Origin: Ignavibacteria bacterium
Lineage (GTDB): Bacteria > Bacteroidota > Ignavibacteria > Kapaibacteriales > Kapaibacteriaceae
Assembly (NCBI GenBank): GCA_013204605.1
Contig: JABMNI010000021.1
Coordinates: forward strand, 6,424-70,423
DNA: 64,000 nt
Direction: 5' to 3'
Below, piece by piece: positions 60,803 to 64,000 of this stretch. The translations under genes and the position numbers were made by a program. Numbering within the stretch: position 1 is the stretch's first letter; each line of letters begins with the position of its first letter. The notes beneath the pieces are model-generated. The model ran no database searches. It saw nothing but the letters and a program-made list of their open reading frames with translations, and had not been told where the DNA came from.

Positions 60803-63073
60803 TCAACTTGCCGGTTTAATCTTTCCCTTCAGGAGCAACATAAGGAGCGGCACAACACCGCCAAGGACAAACAATACGCCGCCAATTGCCCGCATCCAAC
60901 TGAAAGTTTGAAACTGGACTGAGGCTACAAATACTTCGCTGCGTGCCGACCACAATCCATTTGACAGTACTTCAACCAGTTGAGTCAATCCCAGTGGTAG
61001 AAGGTCGAGAACTATCATAAGCGCCAATCCAATATTAATCGACCAAAATGACATGCGAATTGACCGCACGTTCCATCGTTCTGGAAGTACTAAATATCGA
61101 GTACAGAACAGAATGGCTGCAATAGCAAGGTTTCCGTACACACCCATTAGAGCTGCATGACCGTGGTTTACCGTTAGGTAGGTACCGTGTTCGTAATAAT
61201 TCACGATGGGCAGATTGATAATGGAACCAAGGACACCAGCACCCATAAAATTCCAAAAATTCACTGCTAATAGAAACTGAAAGCATTCTGTGTGCGCAAA
61301 AACGAATGGAACGTTTGACAGCTGTTGTTGCTTTCGCATTGCAACTAGTGGTTCACTTCTCGTCCTCCAAGCTTCTAACGTTAATAACATAAGTGGTACC
61401 GTTTGAAGCGTAGAGAACACGCTACCCAACGCAAGCGTAATTTCTGGTTTTGCATTCCAATAAAAATTATGGGCTACACCAATCATTCCTGAGCCAAGAA
61501 AAAGAATAGCGCTGATGTACACTACTCTAACAGCCGAGGCCTTGGAACTTAGTCCCATTAATACCATAAAACTCGCTACCAAGATGGTAGTAAACACTTC
61601 GAAGAAGGCTTCAACCCACATGTGAATGGTCATCCAGCGCCAAAAGTCAGCAATGACAAAATTTGTTTTAGGTGTTGCCACAAAACTGGCAATGAACAGA
61701 ATCAACACGCATAGGATTGCATAGAACAGCCAAACTGGAAGTGACCATTTATGGCCACTCCGAAGTGACGGTTGAGCCCCTTTCCACATAATGTACGCCC
61801 ACATGGCAAAGCAAGCAAACAGCACTACTTGCCAGGCTTTACCGAGTTCGACGAACTCCCAACCTTGGTTGCCAAGTAGGTACCAAAGGGTGCCAAGCAG
61901 ACCCATAGGACCCATGTATTCGCCTACCAGGCTGCCTGCAGCAAGCACTACTAAAACCCAAAACAACACATTTGTCCGCCAAAGCTGTTTGTTGCTTTGT
62001 TCGCCTGCAATCAAGGGTAACACAAATATCGAAGCGCCAATCCAACACAAGGTGATCCAAAACAACGCGAGTTGTAAATGCCACGATCTGACGACGGTGA
62101 TTGGAAGTGAGTTGGAAATATCAACGCCGAAAAATGTGGTAAATCCAAGAAAATCATGAATTGTCAGGGCACCAGCCAAACACTGCAACAGAAAAAGAAT
62201 TAAGGCTACCGTGAAGTATTTGTACGTTGATCGTTGAAGTTTGGAGGGCACGAGTTGACCCAACATTTTTTCGGATAGGAGCGGGCTTGATTCTTCTGAT
62301 CCACTAAGCCCCATTACCTTGTCGAACCTACCGTACATATACATCACCCCGCCTAAACCCAATACAAACGCTAGCACGCCAATCATGCTCCAAAACAGCG
62401 TTGGGCCGGTGGCCACGTTGCCTGCTACTTCATCGTACGGCCAGTTATGCGTGTATGAGTACGTAGCACCCGGACGCACTGCAGAGCACGTCCACGCACC
62501 CCAAACGAAAAATGCGGTCAGCTGCCGAATTTCTGCAGGGTTGGTTATGTAGCCGGAGGGCTTGAACGACTCTGGAATGTTTCCTAGAAACTTTTCAAGA
62601 TAGAATTCGCGAACGGCCTGCAGTCCAACACTTTGCGCTTCAGTTAGCGTCACAGTGTTTGACTTTTCGTCGTAGCTGTTTTTTTCATGTCTGCCACACA
62701 AAGCGCCTGGGCGTATGCACTTTTCTGTTCCCACGAAAGCTTTTGTTGCGTAGTATCCGCTTGCCTACGGCCTATCTCCCGGTGGTAGTACTCTTTTACA
62801 CCTACTGACCATACGTGGAGCGCTTCGGCGGTAAAATCATTCCCTCTTCCTGCTCCATCACCAAACATTGAACCGTAGTTCATCAACGCATACTTTTGAA
62901 ACACTCCTTGACCGTCTACAATTTCATCGTGTGTTACGGCGATGTCACCGTTCGGCAGCGAAAAATTGGGTCGTGGGGGCGCTTCTTGATATGTTTTCAC
63001 ACCAATAAACATCACACCAGTTAACCCAACCACAAATACCAACAGCAGCGGAATCCATCTGTTTTTTTTTCAT
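60803..63073 (-). pseudogene. qNor-family, nitric oxide dismutase (Nod)-like heme-copper oxidase superfamily protein, doubly frameshifted
   Basis: YGSMFGDGA, YTHNWPYD, RSWHLQ, QGWEFVELG, HMWVEAFFE, AHNFYW, TLQTVP, NYYEHGTYLTVNHGH. A9 run at 63062-63070 and A7 run at 62679-62685; setting both to A8 restores one 756-aa ORF. Confidence 0.88.
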
Positions 63074-63197
63074 AGGTACCACTCACGTGTTTTGAGATTT
63101 AATAAGAAGTAGATGCAATTTCGGTTATAGATGTCTTATATCCTAATAAAGTGCAGGTACGCACATCGAAAACACTCCACCTAACTGTCTACTTAAC

Positions 63198-63551
63198 TTA
63201 CTTTTTTGCAAAGCTCATAATAACCACCCCTATCATAATCACCGTCATTCCTAACCAAACATAGGGTCCGATACTTTCCTTTTGCACGAGGATTGCAAAC
63301 AACAATGTGAATACAAATGTCACTCCGGTGTTTAAAGGAACAAAAACCGCGAGACGGGCAAAAGAAAGTATAACGGCCATTACGGCGAACGATAACAGCA
63401 AGAGCGAAACGCCTAAAATTCCTTGCCATCCCGTTAAGCCTGTTGTAAAATCAGCAACGCTCAATGGCCTACCGTGCAACGCTAGAGTGAGAAATCCCAT
63501 ACCATTCACACCTAACGCCGACTGCAGAATGCAAAACAGAAACAGCTTCAC
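63198..63551 (-). CDS. Small DMT/EamA-like four-TM membrane protein
   Basis: 117 aa, four hydrophobic helices, KESIG..WLGMTVIMIGV pattern. Confidence 0.7.
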   Translation of the reverse strand: MKLFLFCILQSALGVNGMGFLTLALHGRPLSVADFTTGLTGWQGILGVSLLLLSFAVMAVILSFARLAVFVPLNTGVTFVFTLLFAILVQKESIGPYVWLGMTVIMIGVVIMSFAKK

Positions 63552-64000
63552 TAATGAGCCCCTTTCCCAACATTTTGTTTTTTAATCGTTTCCATGTACA
63601 GTCTAATTAAGTTCTCGTAGTCCTTTGTGTACCCCATTTTAACCCTGTCCATAAGCTCCTTTAGCCCACTGGAATTGTCGTCTTGCAAATTAAACTCGAG
63701 CGCATTAGGACTGATTCTGGGCGCATCAATCCCCGAGCTAGATTCGCGCGTTTTCTCATGATCACGTTCATTCATGCTGCGCGATGCATTTAACAGCCTA
63801 GATAGAATTCGCTCCTGACGCATTCTGGTCTCGGGAGTAATCGACCCAGTTTGCATATCACTTAAAACTTCCTTCATCTCTTCTGTTATATTTTTCAAAT
63901 CTCCAATTGGTTTTCTACTGCCGTCAACTTGTTTTTGTTCTTGTTCCAATTCCTGCATCGCTTTAAGAGCTTTACCCTGTTGCGACGCGAGTCTGCCCAT
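63551..64000 (-). CDS. C-terminal part of a large coiled-coil protein (DUF4175-like), runs off window end
   Basis: RQERILSRLL..SMNERD..RES and GYTKDYENLIRLY motifs. Confidence 0.6.
   Translation of the reverse strand: MGRLASQQGKALKAMQELEQEQKQVDGSRKPIGDLKNITEEMKEVLSDMQTGSITPETRMRQERILSRLLNASRSMNERDHEKTRESSSGIDAPRISPNALEFNLQDDNSSGLKELMDRVKMGYTKDYENLIRLYMETIKKQNVGKGAH

Noticed and set aside
815..63585. Many 60-200 aa ORFs antisense to, or out of frame within, the called genes
   Set aside because: Shadow ORFs fully overlapping well-supported conserved genes, with no recognisable motifs
1..64000. CRISPR arrays, IS elements, prophage, rRNA or defence systems
   Set aside because: No repeat-spacer periodicity, transposase, integrase, phage or rRNA-like sequence recognised; intergenic gaps are all about 200 bp or less

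Overview
A 64-kb, gene-dense, mostly housekeeping chromosomal segment. I infer it comes from an FCB/Bacteroidota-related bacterium, most likely Kapabacteria/Ignavibacteria-like: it has TAnnTTTG promoters and a T9SS-type C25 peptidase, yet some genes keep SD sequences. Contents, left to right: the yceD-rpmF-plsX-fabHDG-acpP-fabF-rnc operon; a STAS-exbB-exbD-exbD-tonB-(small membrane)-PstS-like-TPR cluster; pyrB-carB-prmC; hup; kdsA-lptC-tpiA-pgsA-pgpA; ftsK; uvrA; a type I secretion module whose ABC gene is split by an in-frame TAG; etfBA; a DUF151 nuclease; tRNA-Met; an acyl-CoA ligase; a beta-barrel protein; gyrA; a 1898-aa PorU-like C25 peptidase; lat; nrnA; PASTA/SixA; an SbnI-like/MBL/Rieske operon; PpiD; hpnCD; nuoE; tnaA; and a qNor-family gene. 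I saw no mobile elements or CRISPR arrays. The best leads are: (1) the qNor-family gene carries the nitric-oxide-dismutase (Nod) signature substitutions and is broken by two compensating poly-A indels; (2) an unannotated membrane protein just upstream of the PorU-like gene ends in what looks like a GldL/PorL motor domain; (3) an orphan full-length SbnI-like serine kinase; (4) apparently leaderless genes, including a 12-bp palindromic bidirectional promoter; (5) a probable non-AUG start for gyrA. All family calls are by eye from motifs; no searches were run.
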